A DNA stretch of 64,000 nt from an uncultured Bacteroidales bacterium (lineage in GTDB: Bacteria > Bacteroidota > Bacteroidia > Bacteroidales > UBA7960): the NCBI GenBank assembly GCA_964349365.1, contig CAYGFY010000008.1, positions 27,070 to 91,069 on the forward strand. Direction: 5' to 3'. The notes under the pieces were generated by a model. The model was given only the letters and a program-made list of their open reading frames with translations. It had not been told where the DNA came from and made no database searches. A program made the translations under genes and the position numbers. This document shows positions 50,502-59,951 of the stretch, piece by piece. How positions within the stretch are numbered: the stretch's first letter is position 1; each line of letters begins with the position of its first letter.

Positions 50502-51214
50502 ATGAAGTATTATTTGACCATTGGCGGTGCTGGCGGAATTGAAAACTCCTTGGCGCAGATACTTGCCCAAAAGGGGCACAGTGTCTATGCCGCAAACAAC
50601 AAAACAAACCCGCTGAACTGCCCGGTGGTGCTAGCTTTCACCATCTTGACGGGCTAGAGCGGAATAGCGATCTTTCGTGGTTGCCGAACGATCTCCACGG
50701 AATTGCCCGGTGCCCGGTAAGCATTAACCTAAAGCCATCTTCGAGAGTTGCTCCCGAAGATATCCAATCAGAAACCGACCTTAAAGCAAGTGGTGCGTTT
50801 AAAGTTTTGCACGAAGCAATGCCACGGTTGAGAAAGGCAAATGGTTCATCAATAGTCTTTTATCTAGCGGTTGCCGTTCAAATTGGGTTCAAGTTGCACA
50901 CAATGATTTCATCGACAAAGGGTGCCGTTGAAGGTCAGGCTAGGGCTTTGGCAACCGAACTTCCACCCAAGGTTCGGGTTAACTTTATTGCGGCATCGCT
51001 TACCGACACTCCCTTGCCAAAAACCTGCTCAATACCCACGAAAAATATGAGGCAAATGCCGACCATAATCCATTAAAACTGATGTGAGCCAAAAGATCTG
51101 GCTCAAATTGCCGAATTCTTGCCCGTTGACAAATCAAGTTGGATTACTGGCCAAATATTGCATACTGGTGGAGGAATAGGCACGCTAAAACCCCAAAACT
51201 CAAAAAAACAATGA
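50502..51214 (+). pseudogene. SDR family oxidoreductase, multiply frameshifted
   Basis: SDR homology is scattered over three frames: MKYYLTIGGAGGIENSLAQ.., ..SINLKP...AVAVQIGF..H..ISSTKGAVEGQARALATELPPKVRVNFIAASLTDTPL.., and ..PKDLAQIAEFLPVDKSSWITGQILHTGGGIG. Several premature stops are present. Confidence 0.8.
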
Positions 51215-52197
51215 AAATATTGCTTACCGGTGCAAACGGATGCATAGGCAAGCAGTTATTGCCACTGCTGCTAGAAAAAGGCCACGAGGTGACTTGTTAC
51301 GCTCGCAACTCCCACAAATTTGACCTTTCGCCGTACCCTAACGGCAAGGCCAGCGTGATTGAGGCAGACTTTCTAAACCCCAATTCACTGAAAGCAATCC
51401 CAAAAGATATCGACGCGGCGTACTACCTCATCCACTCCATGGCTCAATCTACAAGCCACTTCGATGAGCTTGAGAAAACTTCTGCAGCGAATTTTGTGGA
51501 GGCAATGTCAGCCACGGCAGTAAAACAGGTTATATACCTTAGCGGAATTGCTAACAGCGAGAAACTTTCTAAACATTTAAAATCGAGAAAGCATGTCGAA
51601 CAAATCCTCAAAACAGGCCAATATAGCCTAACCACGCTAAGGGCAGGTATTGTGGTTGGCGAAGGGAGCGGATCGATCGAGATAATTCGCGACCTAGTAG
51701 AAAAATTGCCAGTAATGGTAGCCCCAAGGTGGCTTAAAACCCTTTTGCAGCCCATTTCCGTAATAAACTTTTTGGAATACCTTACCGGGGTATTGATGAA
51801 AGATCATGCGATGGACAAAGATTTCGATATCGGCCACCCTGAAGTCCTGACCTACAAGCAAATGTTATTGCAATATGCCAGGGTAAGAGGTCATGTAAGA
51901 TGGGTTTTCATAGTACCAGTAATGACACCAAAACTCTCTTCATACTGGCTATACTTCATCTCCTCCACAACATACAACCTTGCTGTTAATTTGGCACACA
52001 GCATGAAGGTAGGCGTAATTTGTCGCCCAAACGATTTGGCCGAACAGCTAAGCATTGAGCCAATGACATACATTGAATCTGTTGCAGACGTTTTCAAGCA
52101 TTCTGCACTGGATTTGATAAAACCAGTTGCCTCAATTGCCCAACCCAAAAAATCTTCAGAATCGAAATCAAGCAAGGTTGTTGACGTACCAGAATAG
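51211..52197 (+). CDS. NAD(P)H-binding (NmrA/atypical SDR-like) protein, probably the N-terminal part of a disrupted SDR+DUF2867 gene
   Basis: MKILLTGANGCIGKQLL Rossmann motif. The start is at the ATG at 51211, which overlaps the TGA of the upstream pseudogene (ATGA). It ends at a TAG that is in frame with downstream DUF2867-like sequence. Confidence 0.7.
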   Translation: MKILLTGANGCIGKQLLPLLLEKGHEVTCYARNSHKFDLSPYPNGKASVIEADFLNPNSLKAIPKDIDAAYYLIHSMAQSTSHFDELEKTSAANFVEAMSATAVKQVIYLSGIANSEKLSKHLKSRKHVEQILKTGQYSLTTLRAGIVVGEGSGSIEIIRDLVEKLPVMVAPRWLKTLLQPISVINFLEYLTGVLMKDHAMDKDFDIGHPEVLTYKQMLLQYARVRGHVRWVFIVPVMTPKLSSYWLYFISSTTYNLAVNLAHSMKVGVICRPNDLAEQLSIEPMTYIESVADVFKHSALDLIKPVASIAQPKKSSESKSSKVVDVPE

Positions 52198-52636
52198 GGC
52201 TGCTTTAAAGATATTCAGAGCCGCGAAATTACTGACCCTGAAAAAACCTGGCAGAAGATAATATCCATTGGCCGAAAGAACGGATGGTACTTTGCTCACT
52301 GGCTATGGGAGATAAGGAGCCTAATAGACAAAATGGTTGGTGGGGTTGGCCTCGTGCGTGGACGTGAAGACCAACTTTAGTGCAAAAAGAATAGATATTT
52401 TGGACTTCTGGCGTGTGGTTGATGCAAGTAAAGTCAATAGAAGACTCTTGCTTTTTGCCGAAATGAAGCTTCCTGGCGATGCTTGGCTTGAATTCAAAAT
52501 TGAAGGCAACCAATTAATACAAACTGCCACTTTCAGGCCAAAAGGGCTCTTCGGACGGTTTTATTGGTTTGCAATCTACCCCGTTCACGTTTTCATTTTC
52601 AAAGGAATGGCAAAAAAAGTAGCCAAAGGTGGATGA
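52198..52636 (+). pseudogene. DUF2867-like C-terminal domain, cut off by an in-frame TAG and a frameshift
   Basis: In frame after the TAG at 52195-52197: ...DPEKTWQKIISIGRKNGWYFAHWLWEIRSLIDKMVGGVGLVRGRE. This frame stops at 52378-52380. The sequence continues in the +1 frame as ..RIDILDFWRVVDASKVNRRLLLFAEMKLPGDAWLEFKIEGNQLIQTATFRPKGLFGRFYWFAIYPVHVFIFKGM. Confidence 0.7.
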
Positions 52637-52653
52637 TTCCGTCAATTATTTTC

Positions 52654-52780
52654 AAAGCACATTATTGTATTGATTTACTTTGTGTTACTTTGCGCTCAAC
52701 CCTAGTGTTACTTTGTGCTCCTAATTTTTTTGGAGCACAAAGTTTTGCAAAGGATTCCACAAAGTTTCGCAAAGCACATG
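52654..52780. repeat. Palindromic ACTTTG(T/C)G word array (related to repeats A/B)
   Basis: Perfect 12-bp stem actttgtgctcc (52710-52721) / ggagcacaaagt (52732-52743) with a T-rich 10-nt loop. It is flanked by further copies of tactttgtg and tactttgcg on the left and cacaaagt and cgcaaag on the right. Confidence 0.8.
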
Positions 52781-52895
52781 AACTATACAGGCAAGATTGC
52801 ATAAAACAAAAACCCATTTGTTTTGCAGTGGTTTTAATACCTTTGTTTGCAAGAATCAGATTATTGCAAGCTTTCTTAAAACTCTTTATCCACCA

Positions 52896-54086
52896 ATGAA
52901 CTCAATAGAAAACTTTGTTTCCGAAATTTTCAGAAGCCTAAAGGAGAACTCCTTCGTAAAATTTAACCTGGGCAACCACAAAGGCAAAAAAGAGGGACTT
53001 AAGGCTGTTCACGCCAAAATCGTCATGGTGAAGAATTCACCCAAGTTGAGTTTCACTTATAGGTACAAGACAAAAGACGTGGTAAAAAACTATTCTTTTG
53101 AAGAAGCCAAACCAATTATCTTAAGCCTGCTAAATGTAAACGAGTTCAGAACGGCCACACTATTTACATTAAACAATGACCTTTCATTAGAAATAAAAAA
53201 AGACAATAACTGCAAAATATTCAGCAAGAAACCCATTTTCAATTCGCCACCCTCAACAGAACACGATAAACCCAAGAATAGAAAAATAGACACTACCGGC
53301 AAGCATTACCTTAGCGAACTGAAAATTACTGATACAAATGGAACCGTTTATCACAATGCACAAGACAAGTACAAGCAGATAAACCACTATATCGAAATTC
53401 TGAGTTCACTCCTAAATGATTTACCTGAAGGAAAAACCATAAACGTGGCAGATATGGGGGCCGGCAAGGGTTACCTAACCTTTGCACTTTATGACTACCT
53501 TACAAATAACTTGAGAAGACAGGCAAAAGTTACGGGCGTTGAGTATCGCAAAGACCTGGTTGACCTGTGTAATGATATTGCCAAAAAATCAAACTTCGAT
53601 AACCTAAGTTTTGTTCAAGGAACAATTGACAGCTACAAAAACCACCAAATTGATGTACTAATTGCCCTTCACGCGTGCGACACCGCCACCGACGATGCAA
53701 TAGCTAAAGGCATTAAAAGCAACGCCCAGCTTATAATGGTGGCTCCCTGCTGCCACAAGCAAATACGCAAGGAAATAGCCAAGAAAAAGTTTCACGATGT
53801 ATTGGAGTTCTTGCTGCAATACGGTATTTTTCTCGAACGCCAGTCAGAAATGGTAACCGACGCAACACGGGCTTTAATCCTCCAGTACTTCGGATATAGC
53901 GTAAAAGTCATTGAGTTCGTTTCAGATGCCCACACATCTAAAAATGTTTTGATTGCTGGGTCAAAAAAACGAAAAAGTTCAGATAAAGAAAAATCAGAAA
54001 TCCTCGAAAAACTTGAATCTATCAAAGATTATTTCGGGATTGGGTTTCACCATCTAGAAAAGAATTTGGGATTAGCTTTATGGTAA
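52896..54086 (+). CDS. Class I SAM-dependent methyltransferase (Methyltransf_32-like)
   Basis: VADMGAGKGYLTFALYDYL motif I and ALHACDTATDDAI. The start is placed at the ATG at 52896 (MNSIENF) because upstream ORF sequence lies in the repeat array. Confidence 0.8.
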   Translation: MNSIENFVSEIFRSLKENSFVKFNLGNHKGKKEGLKAVHAKIVMVKNSPKLSFTYRYKTKDVVKNYSFEEAKPIILSLLNVNEFRTATLFTLNNDLSLEIKKDNNCKIFSKKPIFNSPPSTEHDKPKNRKIDTTGKHYLSELKITDTNGTVYHNAQDKYKQINHYIEILSSLLNDLPEGKTINVADMGAGKGYLTFALYDYLTNNLRRQAKVTGVEYRKDLVDLCNDIAKKSNFDNLSFVQGTIDSYKNHQIDVLIALHACDTATDDAIAKGIKSNAQLIMVAPCCHKQIRKEIAKKKFHDVLEFLLQYGIFLERQSEMVTDATRALILQYFGYSVKVIEFVSDAHTSKNVLIAGSKKRKSSDKEKSEILEKLESIKDYFGIGFHHLEKNLGLALW

Positions 54087-54285
54087 TCGGCCCATTTTTT
54101 CGAGGAGTAAAACCTCCTTTTATTCTGCCTGTTTCTGAATTAATTTACCACGCCAATTTAATCGTTGGGTAAAAAACCATAAGGGAAATAAACCCCAATA
54201 ATCTGCAACCTAAACTTTCGGGAAAAAATCATCATTTCTCCGTATTAAATTTTGTACTAATTTAGTAACCTAAAACAATCTTGCC

Positions 54286-54864
54286 ATGGAAGCATTTACT
54301 GAGTGGTGGGTAGCCCTATCCGGCCCCCTAAAAGTTTACTGGACTATTGCAATACCCGCTACCTTGCTATTCGTCATTCAGCTGTTAATGTCTTTTATTG
54401 GAGGCGATTACGGTGAGGTAGAAGCAATGGGCGATACCGATGCGGCAATTGATGCCGATAGCGGAATTCCTTTTCAGTTTTTCACCCTGAAGAATCTTGT
54501 GGCATTCTTTGCAATTTTCGGTTGGACCGGGATAGCCTGTCTAAGCTCCGGGCTTAGCTTGCCAATAACCATTTTCATTTCAACAGTTTGCGGGTTGTTG
54601 ATGATGCTTTTAATGGCTTCCCTTTTTTATTTTATGAGCAGGCTAACCTACGATGGCACGATGAAATTGAAAAATTCCATCGGGAAAAGTGCCACGGTTT
54701 ACCTGCCAATACCCGCAAAAAGGCAAGGAAAGGGCCAGGTTCAAGTAAAGTTTCAAGGGCTACAAACTCTCGATGCAATAACCGATAGCCCCGAACCCCT
54801 TAAAACAGGACAAATAGTAAAGGTAACAGGTATTGTTGACGGGGAAATTTTGGTTGTAAATTAA
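54286..54864 (+). CDS. YqiJ/NfeD-like membrane protein with C-terminal OB-fold
   Basis: 192 aa with four hydrophobic segments, then GKSATVYLPIPAKRQGKGQVQVKFQGLQTLDAI...GQIVKVTGIVDGEILVV. It sits upstream of a flotillin gene, as in yqiJK. Confidence 0.7.
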   Translation: MEAFTEWWVALSGPLKVYWTIAIPATLLFVIQLLMSFIGGDYGEVEAMGDTDAAIDADSGIPFQFFTLKNLVAFFAIFGWTGIACLSSGLSLPITIFISTVCGLLMMLLMASLFYFMSRLTYDGTMKLKNSIGKSATVYLPIPAKRQGKGQVQVKFQGLQTLDAITDSPEPLKTGQIVKVTGIVDGEILVVN

Positions 54865-54907
54865 TCAACATCATACAATTCCCGATTTCGGGGCAAAAAC
54901 AGAATCT

Positions 54908-56329
54908 ATGGGAGAATACATTATTTTCATCGTTGCCATCGCGGCATTGTTCATCTTTCTGGTGATCGTTTCTATTTTCAAGCGCTACAAAAGATGTCCC
55001 TCCGATCGGATACTCGTGGTTTACGGTAAGGTTGGCAAGGATGCAGAGTTAGAAAGTAAGTCGGCAAGGTGCATTCACGGCGGGGCGGCATTCATCTGGC
55101 CAATTATCCAAGATTACGCTTTCTTGGACCTAACGCCATTTTCAATAGAAATTAACCTAACCAAAGCCTTGAGCAAGCAAAATATCAGGGTTGACGTGCC
55201 ATCGAGGTTTACCGTGGGTATAACCACGGAGCCCGGGGTAATGACCAACGCAGCCGAGCGTCTGCTAGGCTTGTCAATTACCGACATTAGCAACCTTGCC
55301 AAGGACATTATTTTTGGTCAGTTGAGGTTGGTTGTGGCCACGATGGATATTGAGGAAATCAACAGTAACCGCGACAAATTTTTGGCGGCAGTATCGTCAA
55401 ACGTGGAGGCCGAACTCAAGAAAATTGGTTTGAAGCTAATAAACGTTAACGTTACCGACATCAACGACGAATCGGGCTACATTGAAGCACTCGGAAAGGA
55501 AGCCGCGGCAAAGGCAATTAACGATGCTCGCAAGAGCGTTGCCGAAAAGAACCGCGATGGCGCCATTGGCGAGGCCAACGCAGTAAAGGAACAGCGTGTT
55601 GATGTTGCCAAGGCCAATGCAGTAGCCGTTGAGGGAGAAAACCACGCAAAAATCATCATGGCAAACTCTAACGCTAACCGCCGCGAAAAAGAAGCAGAAG
55701 CCGAGAGACTTGCCGTGGCAGCCGAAAAAGTTTCGATAGCAAAAGCTTTGGAAGAAGCCTACGCCGCCGAGCAAACCGCCGAAAATGCCCGTGCAACACG
55801 CGACAAGGCCACCCAAATTGCCAACGTGGTGGTTCCCGCCGAAATCGAAAAACAGCGCATAGAAATTTCGGCAGAGGCAATTGCAGAGCAAACACGCCGT
55901 CATGCCAAGGGCGAGGCCGATGCAATATATTTGAAAATGGAAGCCGAGGCGAAAGGTATTTTGGAGGTGTTGAGCAGGCAGGCCGAAGGTTACAAGCAAC
56001 TAATGAAAGCCGCAGGCGATGACTCCAGAAGTGCAGTCATGCTTATGATTGCCGATAAGTTGCCAGAATTGGTCAGAACACAGGTTGAGGCAATCAAGAA
56101 CCTCAAGATTGACAAAATTACCGTTTGGGACAACATGGGCGGCTCAAAAGACGGCAAGCCAGCAACAGCAAATTTCCTTAGTGGAATGCTGGGGTCAATA
56201 CCACCCTTCGAGGAGCTTTTTAAAATGGCCGGAATGGAATTGCCCGATTACTTGAAGGGTAAAACAATAGGCGAAATTGCAAGCGGGGCAAAGGAAGAAA
56301 AAAAAGAACCACCCCTGCAGCCTGAATAA
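54908..56329 (+). CDS. Flotillin family SPFH-domain protein (YqiK-like)
   Basis: 473 aa with an N-terminal TM segment, an SPFH domain and a long Ala/Glu-rich coiled coil (EAEAERLAVAAEKVSIAKALEEAYAAEQTAE). Confidence 0.9.
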   Translation: MGEYIIFIVAIAALFIFLVIVSIFKRYKRCPSDRILVVYGKVGKDAELESKSARCIHGGAAFIWPIIQDYAFLDLTPFSIEINLTKALSKQNIRVDVPSRFTVGITTEPGVMTNAAERLLGLSITDISNLAKDIIFGQLRLVVATMDIEEINSNRDKFLAAVSSNVEAELKKIGLKLINVNVTDINDESGYIEALGKEAAAKAINDARKSVAEKNRDGAIGEANAVKEQRVDVAKANAVAVEGENHAKIIMANSNANRREKEAEAERLAVAAEKVSIAKALEEAYAAEQTAENARATRDKATQIANVVVPAEIEKQRIEISAEAIAEQTRRHAKGEADAIYLKMEAEAKGILEVLSRQAEGYKQLMKAAGDDSRSAVMLMIADKLPELVRTQVEAIKNLKIDKITVWDNMGGSKDGKPATANFLSGMLGSIPPFEELFKMAGMELPDYLKGKTIGEIASGAKEEKKEPPLQPE

Positions 56330-56355
56330 AAGAGATTTCTTGTTTAGCAATGTTT

Positions 56356-56401
56356 CCCATGGCCACTTGGGTTCTTTGACCCCGGGAGGCCATGTTTTTT
56401 T
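56356..56401 (+). terminator. Rho-independent terminator after the flotillin gene
   Basis: catggcc (56358-56364) pairs with ggccatg (56388-56394), with inner gggt/accc pairing, followed by a T7 run. Confidence 0.65.
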
Positions 56402-56474
56402 AAAGTGAATAAAGCAGCTCCAAGCCGACCTTCAAAAAAACTTCAGCAAAGGTTTTTCGAGAATTTTTTTTTAC

Positions 56475-56482
56475 TACCTTTG
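56475..56482 (+). promoter_or_regulatory. Bacteroidota -7 promoter box (TAnnTTTG) for rpsF-rpsR-rplI
   Basis: TACCTTTG lies 60 nt upstream of the rpsF ATG. Confidence 0.45.
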
Positions 56483-56541
56483 CAGTCCGTTTTAAAAAAC
56501 GAGAATCAACAAGTAAATCAATTAATTAAAAGCTGAAAAAA

Positions 56542-56898
56542 ATGCTAAGACAGTACGAAACCGTTTTCATTATGACTCCCGTTTTGTCTGATGAACAGAT
56601 GAAGGAAACGGTAAAGAAGTTTCAGGATTTCCTTAACAGGAAGGGCGCTGAGATAGTTCACGAGGTTCATTGGGGCCTCCGCAAGCTTGCCTATCCAATC
56701 CAAAAAAAATCAACAGGTTTTTACCACCTGATTGAGTTCAAGGCCGACACGTCGCTAATTGCCGAACTCGAACTTGAGTACAAGAGGGACGAAAGGATCA
56801 TTCGCTTTTTGACCGTGGCACTCGACAAGTTTGCCATTGCCTACAACGAAAGGAAAAGAGTTGAGAAGCAAGTGTCTATAGTTACCGAAAACAACTAA
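56542..56898 (+). CDS. rpsF: 30S ribosomal protein S6
   Basis: [13 protein letters not shown]...[11 protein letters not shown]...G.Y. Confidence 0.95.
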   Translation: MLRQYETVFIMTPVLSDEQMKETVKKFQDFLNRKGAEIVHEVHWGLRKLAYPIQKKSTGFYHLIEFKADTSLIAELELEYKRDERIIRFLTVALDKFAIAYNERKRVEKQVSIVTENN

Positions 56899-56928
56899 AA
56901 GTTGGCAAACCATTAAATTTTAGCGAAA

Positions 56929-57201
56929 ATGAACAATCAATCAAATTCAGAAGTAAGGTACTTGGCTCCCATAGCCGTTGACGTTAAGAAGAAAAAGTAT
57001 TGCCGCTTCAAGAAACTGGGAATAAAGTACATAGACTACAAAGACCCCAATTTCTTGTTGAAATTTGTAAACGAACAAGGAAAAATCCTTCCTCGTCGCC
57101 TCACCGGCACCTCAATTAAATACCAACGCAAAGTGGCTCAGGCCATAAAGCGTGCTCGCCATCTTGCGCTTATGCCATACGTAGCTGATCTTTTAAAATA
57201 A
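56929..57201 (+). CDS. rpsR: 30S ribosomal protein S18
   Basis: [18 protein letters not shown]...[36 protein letters not shown]. Confidence 0.95.
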   Translation: MNNQSNSEVRYLAPIAVDVKKKKYCRFKKLGIKYIDYKDPNFLLKFVNEQGKILPRRLTGTSIKYQRKVAQAIKRARHLALMPYVADLLK

Positions 57202-57213
57202 GGAGGAAACACA

Positions 57214-57663
57214 ATGGAAATTATTTTGATTCAAGACGTTCCCAATTTGGGTTTTAAAGACGATATTGTAAATGTTAAACCAGGTTACGCAACAAATTTC
57301 CTCATTCCTAAAGGATTGGCAGTAATTGCACTTGCCTCGGAAAGAAAAAAACTTGCCGAAACCCTGAAGCAACGCTCTTACAAGGAAGAAAAAATAAAGA
57401 AAGATGCGGAGAAACTTGCAGAGAAACTTAACGACATTAATGTTAAGATTGGCGCAAAGGTAGGTTCCTCCGGCAAGCTTTTTGGTTCGGTAAACTCGAT
57501 GCAAATTGCCGAAGCAATTAAGGAGCAATACGACATTGAACTCGACCGTAAGAAAATACTTGTTGACGGTGATTCTGTGAAGGAAGTTGGTGTTTACTCT
57601 GCAAGGGTAAACCTACACAAAGAAGTGAGGTTCGACATTAAATTCGAAGTTATAGCCGAGTAA
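57214..57663 (+). CDS. rplI: 50S ribosomal protein L9
   Basis: MEIILIQDVPNLGFKDDIVNVKPGYATNFLIPKGLAV. Confidence 0.95.
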   Translation: MEIILIQDVPNLGFKDDIVNVKPGYATNFLIPKGLAVIALASERKKLAETLKQRSYKEEKIKKDAEKLAEKLNDINVKIGAKVGSSGKLFGSVNSMQIAEAIKEQYDIELDRKKILVDGDSVKEVGVYSARVNLHKEVRFDIKFEVIAE

Positions 57664-57691
57664 TATCGATACTTGTTCCAAACATCAAGGA

Positions 57692-57723
57692 AATGCCTGC
57701 CAGTTTTGGTGGGCATTTTTTGT
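57692..57723 (+). terminator. Rho-independent terminator after rplI
   Basis: aatgcctgcca / tggtgggcatt imperfect hairpin followed by a T-run. Confidence 0.6.
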
Positions 57724-57754
57724 ACATAATACATAACTTTGTAAAAAACTCTTA

Positions 57755-58513
57755 ATGATTTCAACATCGCAAATAAAGCACGCCAAGAGCCTGCACCATA
57801 AAAAATTCAGGGACTTGCATGATCTGTTTTTGGCCGAGGGCGAGAAAATAGTTGCAGAACTGCCAAAATCAAACCTATTTGTGGAGTCGGTTTTTGCAAC
57901 ATCGCACTGGATAGAGACCAACCGCGGCATTTTTTCGGCCGAAACACTAATCCACGAGGCAAGCAGCAAGGATTTGGAGCGAATAAGCACGCTCAAAACA
58001 CCTTCATCGGTGGTTGCAGTAGTGAAAAAACCTTTAATAATTGATGATTTTAGCACCATTGCCCACCAGCCAATCCTGGTACTCGATACCATTCAGGATC
58101 CGGGAAACCTGGGAACCATAATTAGAACCGCCGACTGGTTCGGGATAAAACAAGTGGTTTGTTCAAGGGAGACAGCCGAGCTTTACAACCCGAAGGTAAT
58201 TCAGGCAACAATGGGGTCTTTTGCAAGGGTAAATATTGCCTACCTTAACCTTCCTGAATTTCTAAATCGATTTAACGGGGGAAAAACGATTTTCGGGGCA
58301 ACCCTCAAAGGTGAGCCAATAAGCCAATTAAAACCTCACGGAGACTCAATTTTGGTAATCGGAAACGAATCGAGGGGCATTTCAAAAGAAGTTAAGCCTT
58401 ATCTAACCAAGGAGATCAAAATTCCCGGGGGCCAGGCAGCCAAATCAGCCGAGTCGCTAAATGCTGCAGTGGCTGCAGGAATTTTGATGGCATGGCTAAT
58501 CGTCAATATCTAA
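57755..58513 (+). CDS. TrmH/SpoU family RNA 2'-O-methyltransferase
   Basis: 252 aa. LDTIQDPGNLGTIIRTADWFG, IGNESRGIS, and SLNAAVAAGILM (SPOUT knot motifs). Confidence 0.88.
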   Translation: MISTSQIKHAKSLHHKKFRDLHDLFLAEGEKIVAELPKSNLFVESVFATSHWIETNRGIFSAETLIHEASSKDLERISTLKTPSSVVAVVKKPLIIDDFSTIAHQPILVLDTIQDPGNLGTIIRTADWFGIKQVVCSRETAELYNPKVIQATMGSFARVNIAYLNLPEFLNRFNGGKTIFGATLKGEPISQLKPHGDSILVIGNESRGISKEVKPYLTKEIKIPGGQAAKSAESLNAAVAAGILMAWLIVNI

Positions 58514-58528
58514 TTTAGGCTTGTTGAA

Positions 58529-59866
58529 TTACCAGCCTTGTTTCATTTTTGCTGCCTTTTGGTTGGCCTCGAAAACCCTCATGAAATTTTCGCCCCAAAT
58601 CTTTTCAATATCGCCCAAGGTATAGCCTCGTCTTATAAGCTCTCGGGTTATGTTCTTTAGTTCCGAAACGTCGTAGCAGTCTTTCAGGGCTCCGCCGCCA
58701 TCGAAATCGGTGCCAATTCCCACGTGGTCAATGCCGGCCACTTTTACAATATGGTCAATGTGGTCAACAAGGTCGGCCACGGTGGCCATGGGCCCGGGGA
58801 ACTTCCGGTCGGTTTCAAACCAATCACGGCGTGCAGCTTCCATTTGTGCGTCGGTAAGGTCTTGAAAGTTGTTGTGTCTTTCCCTTAGTTCTGCCATTGC
58901 CTGTTCTCGGTCTGGGTCTTCGGGCAATGTCTTCACGTAGGCACTCAAAACGCAAACTTGTACCACACCCCCATTTTTGGCCAGTGCCACCAGCATTTGG
59001 TCAGAAAGATTGCGTGGGTGATTGCAAATTACCCTGGCATTGGAGTGGGAGGCAATTATTGGCAGTGTTGTAATTTCCAAAACATCAAAAAATGCCTTGT
59101 CGGAAACATGGCTTACGTCAACCATCATGCCAAGTTCATTCATACGCTTCACCACCTGCTTGCCAAACTCCGAAAGTCCGTTGTGAAGTGGGCCAGAATT
59201 ATCGGTTGACGAATCACAAACCTGATTGTTTCCCGTGTGCGAAAGCCCTATGTACCTTGCCCCAAGCTCGTAAAATTTGTCTATCAAACTAATGTCTTGC
59301 CCCAGAGGGTAGGCGTTTTCCACGCCAAGAAAAACCGCCCTTTTTCCCTGGCTTTTCAGGTCGTAGGCCTCTTGTGGTGTGAGGGCCAAAACTGCAAGTT
59401 CAGTGGTTTTTGCCAGTGCTTTTTCAATGGTTTCGAAAATTTCAAGTGTCCTCCTAAGTGCCACCTCGTAGCTTGGCTCATTCAAAGACCCCTGAACGAG
59501 AAAAACTGCAAAAAAAACGGCATCGAGCCCACCCTCTTTCATGCGTGGAAAATCCAACTTGCCGCCTCCCTGTCGGGGGTTGTTTCTATTTGCCAAATCA
59601 AAGTTACCGCGCAAAAGCCTCAACGGCGTGTCAACGTGGGTGTCAATACTTAGCATTTTTCGATGAATGTAGTCAACCAAGATCGCGGTATCCGAGCTAA
59701 TCGCATCATAAATCTGACCGTCAAACAACTTACCAAGGGAAACATCGGATGTTTGGCTTATTCTGTAGGTTTCCGGTTCGTTTTGAGGTTCAAGGGAAGC
59801 GCAAAATACCTTAATGACAGAAAATATTATTACCGTGAAGACAAAAATTGATTTTTTGGAAAGCAT
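58529..59866 (-). CDS. Membrane (renal-type) dipeptidase, M19 family
   Basis: 445 aa with a signal peptide. IDTHVDTPLRL, VDVSHVSDKAF, IASHSNAR, GIGTDFDGG. Confidence 0.9.
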   Translation of the reverse strand: MLSKKSIFVFTVIIFSVIKVFCASLEPQNEPETYRISQTSDVSLGKLFDGQIYDAISSDTAILVDYIHRKMLSIDTHVDTPLRLLRGNFDLANRNNPRQGGGKLDFPRMKEGGLDAVFFAVFLVQGSLNEPSYEVALRRTLEIFETIEKALAKTTELAVLALTPQEAYDLKSQGKRAVFLGVENAYPLGQDISLIDKFYELGARYIGLSHTGNNQVCDSSTDNSGPLHNGLSEFGKQVVKRMNELGMMVDVSHVSDKAFFDVLEITTLPIIASHSNARVICNHPRNLSDQMLVALAKNGGVVQVCVLSAYVKTLPEDPDREQAMAELRERHNNFQDLTDAQMEAARRDWFETDRKFPGPMATVADLVDHIDHIVKVAGIDHVGIGTDFDGGGALKDCYDVSELKNITRELIRRGYTLGDIEKIWGENFMRVFEANQKAAKMKQGW

Positions 59867-59951
59867 AATTGTTGCACTCTAATATGTTTGACAGTCTTTT
59901 AATTATAAATGGCAGAAAAATATTTTTTGTTTGCCTCTTTTTTTTCGCTTT

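Noticed and set aside
52797-52895. 33-codon N-terminal extension of the methyltransferase ORF
   Set aside because: It begins with a non-ATG codon just downstream of the palindromic repeat array. The conserved protein starts at MNSIENF (52896).
52896-54086. Methyltransferase as an orphan DNA methylase or restriction-modification remnant
   Set aside because: It has no DPPY/NPPY or PCQ-type DNA methyltransferase motifs and no nuclease or specificity partner. The sequence fits the Methyltransf_32 (METTL25-like) family.
55436-55999. 187-aa and shorter ORFs antisense to the flotillin coiled-coil region
   Set aside because: This is a mirror-image artefact of the GC-rich Ala/Glu codon repeats (GCN/GAR). 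The products are low-complexity and Cys/Phe/Gly-rich.
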